Assembly (NCBI GenBank): GCA_977017575.1
Contig: CDRNVI010000002.1
Location: forward strand, 1-64,000
Direction: 5' to 3'
Length of the DNA stretch: 64,000 nt
DNA from: Paramoeba atlantica
Lineage: Eukaryota; Protista; Discosea
The translations under genes and the position numbers were made by a program. A model generated the notes under the pieces. The model was given only the letters and a program-made list of their open reading frames with translations. It did not search any database and was not told the DNA's origin. Shown here piece after piece: positions 29,450 through 39,599 of this stretch (positions within the stretch are counted from its first letter, which is position 1; each line of letters begins with the position of its first letter).

Positions 29450-32400
29450 TTAATGGGCAAGAGATACCAATGCCTTTTGTGCATGAGGTGTTAAAAAGTT
29501 AAACAAGTCAATTGATGTGCTCTTTTCTAAACGTTTTCGCAGTAAAAGCAGAAACAATGCAACGCTTATGTCTTGATGCAGTGAGAGTACTTCGTCGCCA
29601 AAGACAGTAAAGCATACAAGCATCGCTGTTCCCAAATGGAAAGAAGGAAGGCACGCCAAAAAAGTGACACATTCTGGGAGTAATGGGAGAGAGTGAATTA
29701 AATTATCGTGCGTGAAGTTCTGAAAGAAGACTCGGACAGGCCGACGAATCATATCTTCGCATGCCATGTGAAATTTCAATACTGTATTGGTAACGTCAAA
29801 GAGTGTAGGTAAGGACAACACGCGTATCTCACTGGTAACGTTCAGAAACTGCAACCGAGACTCAACTTCGCGTTCCCTGATAGACAATAGAAGCACCGAT
29901 ACAATGAGAAATTGTCTGCATAGTGTAAGCACGTTATTTTCGAGCGTTCCAGCCTCTTGACTATTCAGTATTCCACTGTCAAGCAAAAGCACTCCATGAG
30001 TAGGAGAAAGGATCAGATCAGCGGGATGATGTGAGTCGGCTGAATGGACCACACCATGAGAGATCGTATTTATGTTCATGTCTTCGCCCGTTGTCTTATC
30101 CCCTGGGGGTACAAGACGAAATACATGAGAAAGAGGCGGAAATCGTTCCATACACTTCGCACTAATGAAAATTATGTCTAAATGATCTCGGGATCCAAAA
30201 TATGATGCTAGGCAAGAAGAGCTCTCTTCGGACAAAGATAGTTCATTTGTGGAATGTTCGAAATTCCGTGGGGAAAAAAATGGAGTTGGTGAACTTGTAG
30301 AGACCTCAGGGTGTTCGCTGTTGCGAGTACGGAAAGAGAAAGCCATATCGTATTCTAGAAGTGCCCGATGAATAGAACATCGTTCTGTGTACGACGGAAT
30401 TATTGTTCGTGGATAGATAAACTGTGTATAGAGTAGATTTTCGTTTTGTACTGCGGGATGAAAAGTTTTACCTTGCTCAAAAGCACAGTACGATGGTAAG
30501 TTTAAAAAGAAACCCAATGGATGATAGTCGCTCTCCAAGAAATCGTATATAACAACCAAAATATGGGTAGGATAAAGCGTGTTAGACTTCTGATTCCTCA
30601 GGGTTTCATCCAGACTATTAATACGGACCACTGCAAGACCATTAAAAATACGACGCACAGCGTGCAGATTGGCATCCCTACTTACCACAATTAGAGTTAG
30701 ATGTTCGTAAAATTGAGTTCGATAACCAAACGTTTTTAAAGATCTACTTGACGCGGTTTCAATCGAACTCAGAAAATGTGTTCTTGAAACCTCGGAAAAA
30801 AGGCAACGATCTCGAATCCAACGCTCTACTACCTCTTGCTTGACAAGCTTCTCATACCTTTTCTTAGAAAATAAATACTTGCGCAGAATTTCTAGCACCG
30901 AGGAAATTCCATAGCGTTCGCAGTAATGGAACGCAGTAAAGCTTTTTACATTAAGTATTGATGACCAGTGATGGTGTTCCATTTTTTCCCAGAGCGCCAC
31001 TCCTTCCTCTCGTCCAAGCGAGTAGATTGTCTCGTAAAACAATACAAAGACATGAAGATACAAAAGCAAGGTACGATTGACCGGTAATGTCAGACTTCGC
31101 GTGTTCGTGTCTTTTAACCACTGAATAGATATAGTCGAATCGATAGGTAGATGAGAAGAATTATGCACGTGTCTGGGTGCGTGTGCAGGAAATTCTCTGT
31201 AATCTTTGCAATCGTCGTACATGGTGTTTATACCTTTTTTTAATTTTGTTAGCGTATCAATGAAATCGATGTCCTCACTTTCCACGTCGCAATATAGCTT
31301 GTTGAATCCAGGTGCGCAATTATAGCTTCCTTCTCTGGACTTTGAGTGATTTTCAGGCTTTGGGCATTGGATACAGTACACCTTATCTGTATTTTCCAAC
31401 ATTTTTCTGCTCTCGAATAATGCAAAATGAAAAACCGGACAGCAAACGCTGTACTGAGTTGATAGTTCTTGAGTAAACTTCCTGAAATACGCACCCCAAT
31501 TGAATCCCGCGTACGGTCCGTACATTATAAGAGACAGAGACGTAATCCAATCCATTTCGCAGGAACACAATGCGTCAGCGGCGTCCTCTGGGGTAGCCAA
31601 TATAATAGCCGGTGTCTTGATTGAGTTATACGCATGACGACTGCTTTTAGATAGACGAGAAACATGATAGGTACTTTCTAAACTACTTCGAAGAACGTCA
31701 AACACAAATCGCGAGTTGCGCTCCCCGGGCACTATGAATAAAACGAGTTGACTACAAACTTTGCATAACAGGTGCAGAAATGTGGAGATAAACTGCCATA
31801 CTCTGAAGCAAGGGGAGTAAACGATCGAGATTGACGTACACGTACCATCCGTTCTTTCAACGCAAGTGCATAGCTGCAATATTTGATTCAAAACATCGTC
31901 AAGCACTTTTACCCCAGTAAAGGACCTTTCCGTACATACATCATCTAAATTTACCTTTGATTCTTCCTGAGTATCTATCTCGCGTTTGTTCACGTCTTCC
32001 AATCTAAGGAAGAAATCTTCTATCTCAGCTCCCATTGAGTCATTAGAGATGTCCTCTTTCCTATGAGCGACAAAAACTGCGCTACGTATTCCCGCCATTA
32101 AATCTAATGTGCTATCCAAAAAAGAGAAAATGTCTTTCAAGGAGTTTGCTTTAGTTCGAAGCGTCCTGTTCCAGAATTGAATAGCACCATATTCAAGGTT
32201 CTCGCTGTAAGTATCCTCATGAAAAATAAAAGATGCGTTGCTTCCTGATCTATCTTGTGACAACATAGTGGATGCAGATACAGTATCGGTGACGTACTTG
32301 TGTACAAAAGGAGCACATAAAGTACCAAGTTCTGATGATTCCCACTTATGGAGGTACATCCATGATGTTGCTTCCTCCGGTAGTGAGTTAAATGACTTTG

Positions 32401-33787
32401 CGAAGTCAAGCAAACACGATGAAAAGCACTCCTGGATACCGACTTTCTCGTGAGAGTACTCTTTTGTCTCTGTTGAACGAGAGAAATATACCCCGTCAAG
32501 CCATCTTTCAGGAATGTTGATATCGTTGAGAGGCAGTGTTGGAAGGGGCAACACCTTCATTTCACCACAAAGTTGTGCTTCGGCGCCTAGCAAGAGACAC
32601 TCATTGTATATCGAAAGCGCCTCCCGTTTTTGAAGCAGAGGATAAAGTTGGTTTGAAATTTGAATGTAATTTATGTGCAAAAGACTGATTGCCCGACCGT
32701 ATAAATCAGATTTTAAAATTTGTGATTCGAAAACCCATGTATTTAGAATATCGTCTGAAACAAATCGAGGGAAAACGAAATCTCGTTCGAGAAAGGAATC
32801 AACAGTATCGCCGCCTTCGAAGACTATGGTTTCTAGCTGGCTACTAAGATTCATTTCGGATTCATCCAAAATATGCGGTGCCTCAGCAGTGCATGCTTTC
32901 GTTTCACTTAATTCAGACGCATTATCGAGCGGATAACGAATTGCAAAGACTGTTTTCTTCATAGACTCCGAAGTATCTGGTTGTATGGTAGGCTTGCTCA
33001 TTTCGTTTAGCATTGTTAAGTATTTACCAGTATTAAACTCACCCCAGAAGGACAAATTATCACGTTCGTTGAAGGTAGAAAATTTTATTCCGCCATCTAG
33101 CGGATACTTATGGCCGATGTACTGCAGCGCATTACTCGAGTTAGTATTTTCCATAAAACTAGAGATCGGCGAAATATCAATGCTCTCCAAAGAATCTTGA
33201 AGTGATTTGTCTATCAGATCATGACATTGTTCTTGCGCAGTGGAAACCTCCTTATTTTTGAAAGGCGACTCTATACCTTCGTATATGCAGTGTTGCAGTT
33301 GAAAGATCTCCGAAAAATTACCAAGTCTGTTGATTGCTGCATCTGCCTCTAAAATCCTATCGTATTTAATCTTTCCAGTGCCAATACTATGAAAATATAT
33401 CTCTGGTACGATCATACGAGGTGCGACTTGTTCGTTTGCCATTAACTCGAGGGTTGACTTTGGGGTATCGCGAGTATGTACTTGCATGGGTCGGATCGAT
33501 TTCACATCCTCCAAAAAAGACTCGTTGTGGAAAACCAGATTTTCTAGCGCCCGAATGTCAAACTCTGTAAACAACGCCCTGCCTTGGACCTGCGCTATTT
33601 TCTCGGATATTGAATGCTGAAGAATTATATGATATACATTTCGGTAACATTCAGAACTCTGAAAACAAGAGTAAGAGTTCTCCCACGGTATTGATCCGAT
33701 AGATGCAGGATACAAAGGAAAAATAGAGAATGGTGGCGCATAATGCACTGTACAAGCGTTCTCGTTTGTGTAATTCAAGCGAAACAT
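29450..33787 (-). CDS. Large hypothetical protein (~1445 aa), C-terminus SHOC1/Zip2-like (XPF-like fold)
   Basis: HPADLILSPTHGVLLL..LENNVLTLCRQF..IRVLSLPT..VTNTVL..CVTFLACLPSFHLGTAMLV resembles the SHOC1 C-terminus; CDS secure, family call tentative. Confidence 0.7.
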   Translation of the reverse strand: MFRLNYTNENACTVHYAPPFSIFPLYPASIGSIPWENSYSCFQSSECYRNVYHIILQHSISEKIAQVQGRALFTEFDIRALENLVFHNESFLEDVKSIRPMQVHTRDTPKSTLELMANEQVAPRMIVPEIYFHSIGTGKIKYDRILEADAAINRLGNFSEIFQLQHCIYEGIESPFKNKEVSTAQEQCHDLIDKSLQDSLESIDISPISSFMENTNSSNALQYIGHKYPLDGGIKFSTFNERDNLSFWGEFNTGKYLTMLNEMSKPTIQPDTSESMKKTVFAIRYPLDNASELSETKACTAEAPHILDESEMNLSSQLETIVFEGGDTVDSFLERDFVFPRFVSDDILNTWVFESQILKSDLYGRAISLLHINYIQISNQLYPLLQKREALSIYNECLLLGAEAQLCGEMKVLPLPTLPLNDINIPERWLDGVYFSRSTETKEYSHEKVGIQECFSSCLLDFAKSFNSLPEEATSWMYLHKWESSELGTLCAPFVHKYVTDTVSASTMLSQDRSGSNASFIFHEDTYSENLEYGAIQFWNRTLRTKANSLKDIFSFLDSTLDLMAGIRSAVFVAHRKEDISNDSMGAEIEDFFLRLEDVNKREIDTQEESKVNLDDVCTERSFTGVKVLDDVLNQILQLCTCVERTDGTCTSISIVYSPCFRVWQFISTFLHLLCKVCSQLVLFIVPGERNSRFVFDVLRSSLESTYHVSRLSKSSRHAYNSIKTPAIILATPEDAADALCSCEMDWITSLSLIMYGPYAGFNWGAYFRKFTQELSTQYSVCCPVFHFALFESRKMLENTDKVYCIQCPKPENHSKSREGSYNCAPGFNKLYCDVESEDIDFIDTLTKLKKGINTMYDDCKDYREFPAHAPRHVHNSSHLPIDSTISIQWLKDTNTRSLTLPVNRTLLLYLHVFVLFYETIYSLGREEGVALWEKMEHHHWSSILNVKSFTAFHYCERYGISSVLEILRKYLFSKKRYEKLVKQEVVERWIRDRCLFSEVSRTHFLSSIETASSRSLKTFGYRTQFYEHLTLIVVSRDANLHAVRRIFNGLAVVRINSLDETLRNQKSNTLYPTHILVVIYDFLESDYHPLGFFLNLPSYCAFEQGKTFHPAVQNENLLYTQFIYPRTIIPSYTERCSIHRALLEYDMAFSFRTRNSEHPEVSTSSPTPFFSPRNFEHSTNELSLSEESSSCLASYFGSRDHLDIIFISAKCMERFPPLSHVFRLVPPGDKTTGEDMNINTISHGVVHSADSHHPADLILSPTHGVLLLDSGILNSQEAGTLENNVLTLCRQFLIVSVLLLSIREREVESRLQFLNVTSEIRVLSLPTLFDVTNTVLKFHMACEDMIRRPVRVFFQNFTHDNLIHSLPLLPECVTFLACLPSFHLGTAMLVCFTVFGDEVLSLHQDISVALFLLLLRKRLEKSTSIDLFNFLTPHAQKALVSLAH

Positions 33788-34347
33788 TGTTATAAAAGGG
33801 ACATTTTCGCGAAAATATATATTCACGATGAGGTGTGGATGAGTGCCTCCCACTCGACTTTCAAGTACGAAAAGTTGATGAAAAATAGTGAAGAAATAGA
33901 GGAATATTGCAATGCACAGTAAGTAGTGAGTTCAGCCAAGAGCGAAGACCCTGATTCTACAGGAAGTCTAGTGGAAATTTAGGATAAACACATAAAAAAA
34001 CGCATACCAGTCTAGCAACGAGAATTGATTAGAGGGAAAAACACCCTCATTTGAAACTAATAATTACTTACTTAACTAATAATAACTACCTAATTTGAAA
34101 ATCGCCTTTTCAAGCTCACTCAGTTAACAACTTCACTGATGTGCGCAGAAAATATTAAGCTGAAAACTTGTTGCAGATCAGTTGCGAACTTTAGCACCCG
34201 AAGTAACAAAATGTTATCGATCCTTGGCTGAGATTCCAGCTTCATGAAACACTCTCGGCTAGCAGCGCCCCGAGACGTTTTCTCTAATCCATGTTGACCG
34301 AGTTGAAGTTTTCATAGAGCAAGGATAATAATGATGTTGAACACCAC

Positions 34348-35277
34348 TTATGTTTTGAAATCTTTTACTTTTTCAAGCCAGCCCATAAACGCTGATCTGG
34401 ACGTTAGTTTATGTTTGAATGGGAAGTACACCTCTTCCCATGTAGTAGCGGCTGTTTTAGTCATTAAGTACAAGCCACCGCTGTCAAGTGCAAATACGAA
34501 ACCATCCAAATTATGTTGGCTGCGTTCGCTATTCATGTAATTTATTATACAGGAACGACATTTAAATAGCACACGCAATAATTCGGAACTGTACAGGGCC
34601 AATGGATCCATTGGCAGAGGGTGAGTATTCGGAATCTCATGTACTTTTGCTGCTGCATCGATAAATGAGGCATTGAGAGCATAAAGCTCGTATACGCACA
34701 ATCCCATACTATGAATAGCATCAGACCAGTCTTCAGTGTTTGTATTACCCTGGTCAATACAGGTCGGCGCACATTGCAGGCGATAAACACCTCGTATCGC
34801 ACTAAAAAGGTTAGCTTCTTGTGACGCACGTCCTGGTGCACTGAAAGGAACATGTGGTACTTTCACTGCTTTAACAGTGAGCAAACTCCTCGGAGGATAG
34901 GTTCCTATTTGACGAAACCAATGAAAAAGCTGCGGATCTGTATGACCGACCATTAGTCCACATGAATGAGTCGTTGCAATGTTATTGCAGTGCAAGCTTT
35001 CTCGTGGAAGACAAAGAAATAAGTGCTCCGGAGTGCTGATTTCACGAGACAGAAAGGAAAAACAGTGTAAGTCGCTAATCACATTTGCTGTGACACTTTT
35101 TAGATCATTTTTATTGGTATCTTGATTCGAGAGTGTAGGATCTGATGTGAGACCCGTAGTGACTTGGGCGACACTGTGAGTCCTCAGAGTGTGCCAAAAG
35201 CGGGAAAGCCAGAATCCAGTACTTAAAGATCCTGGTAGGGGCTTGAATTTGTATTCCATGTCTGCTACTGAGCACAT
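34348..35277 (-). CDS. CREG/HugZ-like split-barrel protein with DUF2470-like C-terminus
   Basis: SLHCNNI..SCGLMV..PRSLLTVKA and IINYMN..ALDSGGLYL..VYFPFKHKLTS pattern. Confidence 0.5.
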   Translation of the reverse strand: MCSVADMEYKFKPLPGSLSTGFWLSRFWHTLRTHSVAQVTTGLTSDPTLSNQDTNKNDLKSVTANVISDLHCFSFLSREISTPEHLFLCLPRESLHCNNIATTHSCGLMVGHTDPQLFHWFRQIGTYPPRSLLTVKAVKVPHVPFSAPGRASQEANLFSAIRGVYRLQCAPTCIDQGNTNTEDWSDAIHSMGLCVYELYALNASFIDAAAKVHEIPNTHPLPMDPLALYSSELLRVLFKCRSCIINYMNSERSQHNLDGFVFALDSGGLYLMTKTAATTWEEVYFPFKHKLTSRSAFMGWLEKVKDFKT

Positions 35278-35487
35278 ACATTTTTAGTGTTTTAAGACTG
35301 ACTTTCAAAGAAAAATATGTATAATTCATTCGCTTGCTAAAACGTCGGAAACATCGCCTAAAGATCCTTGCGGGTAAGTTACATTGCACACAAGAAGGAA
35401 TGGTGCACTACTTAAAAAAAGACATTCTTGTACCTGCATGATACTCGTACTGTACCCTTACAAACTCTATATACTGCATAAAATTAT

Positions 35488-36891
35488 TCACTGAGGCATA
35501 CGTCTTACCGGTCGGCCCACGGGGTGGCTCACATACCCATAACGTGAGTGCGAAGGCAAGGAGGGTTTGGACTCCCGCCGCACTGGCCCTCCGGGAGTCA
35601 CCCGTGAGACCATTTCAGCAGGTCGCTTCGGTGCCGAGGCGCTCCCATACGTAGTGGTCTGACTTTGGTTTGCGGTGCGGTAACCCGCCGTTGAGCTGGA
35701 GCTCTGCACACTCCCCCGGTGCGGCCGCTGTACCGCAACCCGTTCCCCCACGGCGGCTTGATAGCCTACTGAATGACGTGAGGCCGCAGCGGTGACTCCG
35801 GGTCGACTCAGGAGCTTCGGGATGTACCCCAGTTCAGTTTTCGCGACTCTCTCCTTCCTTTTGCGCTGCGCAATGTCCTCATAGAGGTAGTTGCGGTACT
35901 CTGCTACCGTGTAACGAGTGTCGTCACTGAGGGGTATGACAATCGGTGAGGAGCACGTGGGTTCCTCTGACGGGTTGTGAAAAGCCGCGACATAGGGATG
36001 TGCAATCGCTTCCTGGGCGTTGAGTCGCTTCTTTGGATGAAACCGTAGCAGTCGCCGCATGAAATCCACTGCGTCATGTGGGGCCTCCGGGAACACCTCC
36101 TCGAAGCTCCGGGGGGTAACCCGTCCCATATTCTCCAACATTGTGTTAACGTACGGACTGTGTATCCCGGAGCGGTCCCCTGCACTAGGGTATCCAATCA
36201 ACCCGATAATGCGTTCAAGCTGGTTCATCGTAGAGGTCCCTGGGAACAATGGTTTTCCTAGAATCATTTCCCCTGCAATGCAGCCCACGCTCCACATGTC
36301 CACTCCAAAGGTGTAGGTGGTGGAGCCCAGCAGTATCTCCGGCGCTCGGTACCACCGCGTCGCTACATAGTCCGTTAACGCTGGACGGGCCACGTGCGGT
36401 TCCGAACTCACCACGGACCGGGCCAAACCAAAATCTGCCACCTTCATAAAGCACTCCGAGTTCAGCAGCAGGTTCGAGGGCTTCAGGTCGCGGTGCAGAA
36501 GCTTTCCTGAATGCAGGTAGAGCAACGTCTTGAGCAGTTGGTACGTCACGAACCGTTTGTGAATATCCTCGAGAATGCTCACCCGGATGACGCTGTGAAG
36601 GTCGGTGGCCATGTACTCGAATACGAGGTAAAGATCTTTGTCATTTTCTGCGCGATGTACATTTAAAAGCTTTACCACATTGTCGTGCTTCAAACGATGT
36701 AGAAACATCACTTCGCGAAACGTGCGTTGAGCATCGGTAGAGTTTTGAAAAGCGTCGAAGATCTTCTTTACCGCGACCAAACGTCGCGTACGACGATCGA
36801 CTGCCTTCCAAACCACACCATACGCACCCTTGCCGAGTTGCTGCAGCAACTCGTACCTTCGGGAAATGTGGGGTTCTACTTCGGAGGACAT
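35488..36891 (-). CDS. Mitogen-activated protein kinase, ERK7/8 (MAPK15)-type with TDY loop
   Basis: LGKGAYGVVWKA, VKKIFDAFQNSTDAQRTFRE, HRDLKPSN, DFG, TDYVATRWYRAPE. Confidence 0.95.
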   Translation of the reverse strand: MSSEVEPHISRRYELLQQLGKGAYGVVWKAVDRRTRRLVAVKKIFDAFQNSTDAQRTFREVMFLHRLKHDNVVKLLNVHRAENDKDLYLVFEYMATDLHSVIRVSILEDIHKRFVTYQLLKTLLYLHSGKLLHRDLKPSNLLLNSECFMKVADFGLARSVVSSEPHVARPALTDYVATRWYRAPEILLGSTTYTFGVDMWSVGCIAGEMILGKPLFPGTSTMNQLERIIGLIGYPSAGDRSGIHSPYVNTMLENMGRVTPRSFEEVFPEAPHDAVDFMRRLLRFHPKKRLNAQEAIAHPYVAAFHNPSEEPTCSSPIVIPLSDDTRYTVAEYRNYLYEDIAQRKRKERVAKTELGYIPKLLSRPGVTAAASRHSVGYQAAVGERVAVQRPHRGSVQSSSSTAGYRTANQSQTTTYGSASAPKRPAEMVSRVTPGGPVRRESKPSLPSHSRYGYVSHPVGRPVRRMPQ

Positions 36892-37104
36892 AGCATGCGC
36901 GTATACAAATACTAAGCACCAATTTTATGTTCCGATTCGGTAAAACAAATAGTATGTATTTCAGGGGAAAAGTGGAAAAATTGAAACCTTTCTAACACAT
37001 CAAAAACAGGGAAAAGATATTAAAAAAGCCAATACCTCGGTCAACACAAAATTTTGTCTATAGTACATACCGTCGCACTCGGAGTTCTATGACCAAAATT
37101 GAAA

Positions 37105-37680
37105 TTCTACCTTGTTGTTTTTTTCTGTACCTTGTTGATCTACCCCATGTACCCCTTCACCCCCGTTCCCCGCGCCCTTCGCCGTCTCCCCGCCGTTCTC
37201 CCCGCCGTGCTTCCCGCCGCGCTCCCGTCGCTTTCCCGCCGCTGTCCCGCTGCTCCCCCGTCGCTTTCCCGCCGTGTGCCTTCTATGGTTGAGGTACTCT
37301 CATGGCGGCACAGGTGCGTCGAGCATCGGCATCCGCACAGCGCACCTAGGCTGAAACTAGGGAGCCATATCTCCTCGGAGACAAACGGCTCTGTGAACCA
37401 ACCAACCAACCTCCTTCTTTGAAGGCGCGTGGAGGACTGGTTGCCCCTCTCGTAGGGACCGCTGGTCAGTGTGGCCTATCCTCACTGCGTCTCCGACTAC
37501 CGTCCTCGGTGAAGTGCCAGCCGTGGCTTGCTACGGCTGGCTCGCCCGCCGGTCCGCAAGGACCGGTCGTACGCATCGGAGTAACATCCGAGCCGTCGGG
37601 CCCCTCACGTGGACGGTAGAGGGCCCATAACCTGTCAAGGCCAAAAGGGTGCAAGAATTATCATCATCATCATCATGACC
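37105..37680 (+). mobile_element. SL-headed, structured, non-coding insert (element 1) with an (ATC)n tail
   Basis: TTTCTGTACCTTGTTG at 37122-37137 plus a degenerate tandem copy at 37105-37117; C-rich short tandem repeats; hairpins at 37517-37540 and 37549-37566 (GCAA loop); CATAACC at 37626-37632; (ATC)5-6 at 37660-37676. Confidence 0.6.
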
Positions 37681-38217
37681 GAAATGTATACGATAAAAAA
37701 GATATAACATACGATAGCATACAAGATGTAAGAATACATGTAAGAATGTTTGACATGCTTTCGTTTTTAATTCCTTTAACTTTGCTCTCACACAGTAAAT
37801 TTTTCCCAGTAACTGACGTCAAGAGATTCCCACCATCGATCACTCGACACCAATTTATCGGCTTGTTTTATTTTCTTGTTGCTTTCGAAAGGCGGTTGGT
37901 CGGAAACGTTTTTACGATAAGCGTACCACACATTTTTTTCTGTGTCCCACTTTGCAAACCGTGTCGGAAGGCTATCGATTTTTAAGTCTTTTTTCGGAGA
38001 ATAATAGACGCAAATCTTTTTAAGGTCGTGCGGGGCCCGTTCTTTGTCAACGTAAATCGTGACGCGATTATCAAAAATGGATACGAAGTTGGTCGAGTCT
38101 GGCATCTGAGAGATGTCAACTTCGCCCTCAAATTTATTTCTTGCCAGGGCTAGCTGCTTGATTGACGAGGGAACACGTGATAAATCTAACCGTCCGGTAA
38201 AGGAGTTATTATGCAAG

Positions 38218-38833
38218 GGTTATGATCATACGCTCGTGGCGCAGAGATGCGTCTCTCTGTGTGACGGCCGATACCATCGGCGCATGACCCGCATACGACG
38301 GGTGTCACACAGAGAGTGGAGTGCGAGGTAGGAGACGAGACGCCCATCGGTCATGCTACAGCACGTATAGCCATGGTTCATGCTGCAACACGGTCAAGCC
38401 GTGGGTTCATGCTGTCAGATGGTCTATCGTGGATCATGATGCATCATGGGGAGGTCCGTTACCGCCGCACTCGCTACAGCATGTAGGGAGAGAGGGGTGC
38501 AAGTTCGCATCCCCTATACACTCATACAACGTGTCCTCCCGCTGTAGCACGCCCAGTGGTCCTCAAGGGAGGCCACCATGGCGCATAGCTCCCGGGAGAA
38601 GAAAGCACGAGAAGGAGAGAGCCGGGGAGGGAAGAAAGCTCACTCGAAGAGAGCGAGCCGGGGAGGGGTGAAGAGTGCGAAGTGCGTCCCCTACTTCCGC
38701 GACAAAGAGGGACAGTTTCAGCTAGCCGTCAGCCGGAAACGGGCATTTAAAAGTAAGAATACGCCCGTTTCCGGGAAAAGAAAGGAAGGGCTAGCAAAAT
38801 GTACCAACAAGGTACAGAAACTGTATCTTTATA
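38218..38833 (-). mobile_element. SL-headed, structured, non-coding insert (element 2)
   Basis: Minus strand begins (TATA)AAGATACAGTTTCTGTACCTTGTTG|GTACA, followed by nested stems, purine/pyrimidine tandem repeats and a 3-way junction at 38253-38316; ends CATAACC. Confidence 0.8.
38805..38833 (-). ncRNA. Spliced-leader exon 3' portion (~nt 11-39) with GT donor
   Basis: TATAAAGATACAGTTTCTGTACCTTGTTG-GTA versus bodonid-type SL ATAAAAGATACAGTTTCTGTACTTTATTG-GTA (recalled consensus); SL 5' end AACTAACGCT absent. Confidence 0.75.
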
Positions 38834-39599
38834 ACATGTTCAGTGAATCGGGAAGAACACTTAAATCAAGTTTGCCTTCGAGCATATTATGATCCAGAAA
38901 CAGGTGTGATAAAGTCGAAGGCAAGGACTCAAAAAACACGACACCTGAAAATCTATTCCAGTCTAACAAAAGATCTAACATTGTGGGAGGTAAGGCGACC
39001 AAGTCGAGTTCCCCGTGACACTGATTATATCTTCCCCATAGACTCTGTAAAGTGCGCGGAAGTTCTCTTAGAGCAAGTTCTCCATCTAACCGATTGTCAT
39101 CTAGGTGTATGGTTTCAAGTTTTCCCGCTTCACGCCCCAGCTTTATAGATCCGGTAAGAAGATTGTTATTTACATCTACACTTCGTACTGTTTTAGGAAG
39201 ATGCGCAAAATCCATACTTCCTTGCAGATCGCGGCCGTCCCATTCTATTTCGTCGATTTCCCCGCTTTCGAGTACATTAATTCCATCCCACTTACAAGCA
39301 GGATTGTCTACTACCCAAGTTACATGAGGATTAGTTAGATTTGCCACGAGACGGGCCAAATGAAATTCCGGAGCAAGCACAGTCCTATGTATCTTAGAGG
39401 GTCGCTTCTGGTGTTCATACCCGTACACATGGACAACGCTCCGCATTAATACCATTCGAATAGTTTCATAAGTGCATATTTCATAAGTATGTACATACAG
39501 TTGTATTGTAGGTAGCACATGTTACAAATAGTAGGCCCCCATTTATAGCGCCGCGGTGTACGCCCGCACGTATTGGGGCATTTTAAAAACAAATAGTTT

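Larger units (their letters stand above)
37788..39455 (-). pseudogene. LRR gene interrupted by a 612-bp insertion
   Basis: 5' half 38829-39518 ends ..LPDSLNML*; 3' half 37788-38216 resumes LHNNSFTGRLDL; deleting 38218-38829 restores SLNML-Y-LHNNSFTG, a perfect LxxLxLxxNxF repeat. Confidence 0.88.

Noticed and set aside
37421-37510. Canonical HDV-like ribozyme call
   Set aside because: P3/L3 and GG are suggestive, but there is no matching P1 5' strand or C-containing J4/2; kept only as an unclassified structure
37089-37654. ORFs within element 1 (and 38321-38892 in element 2)
   Set aside because: Translations are repeats of the C-rich or purine-rich tracts with no domain signal
38790-38845. 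Intact functional SL RNA gene or tandem SL array
   Set aside because: The SL 5' decamer is replaced by LRR coding sequence, there is no tandem unit and no clear Sm site is in the expected position
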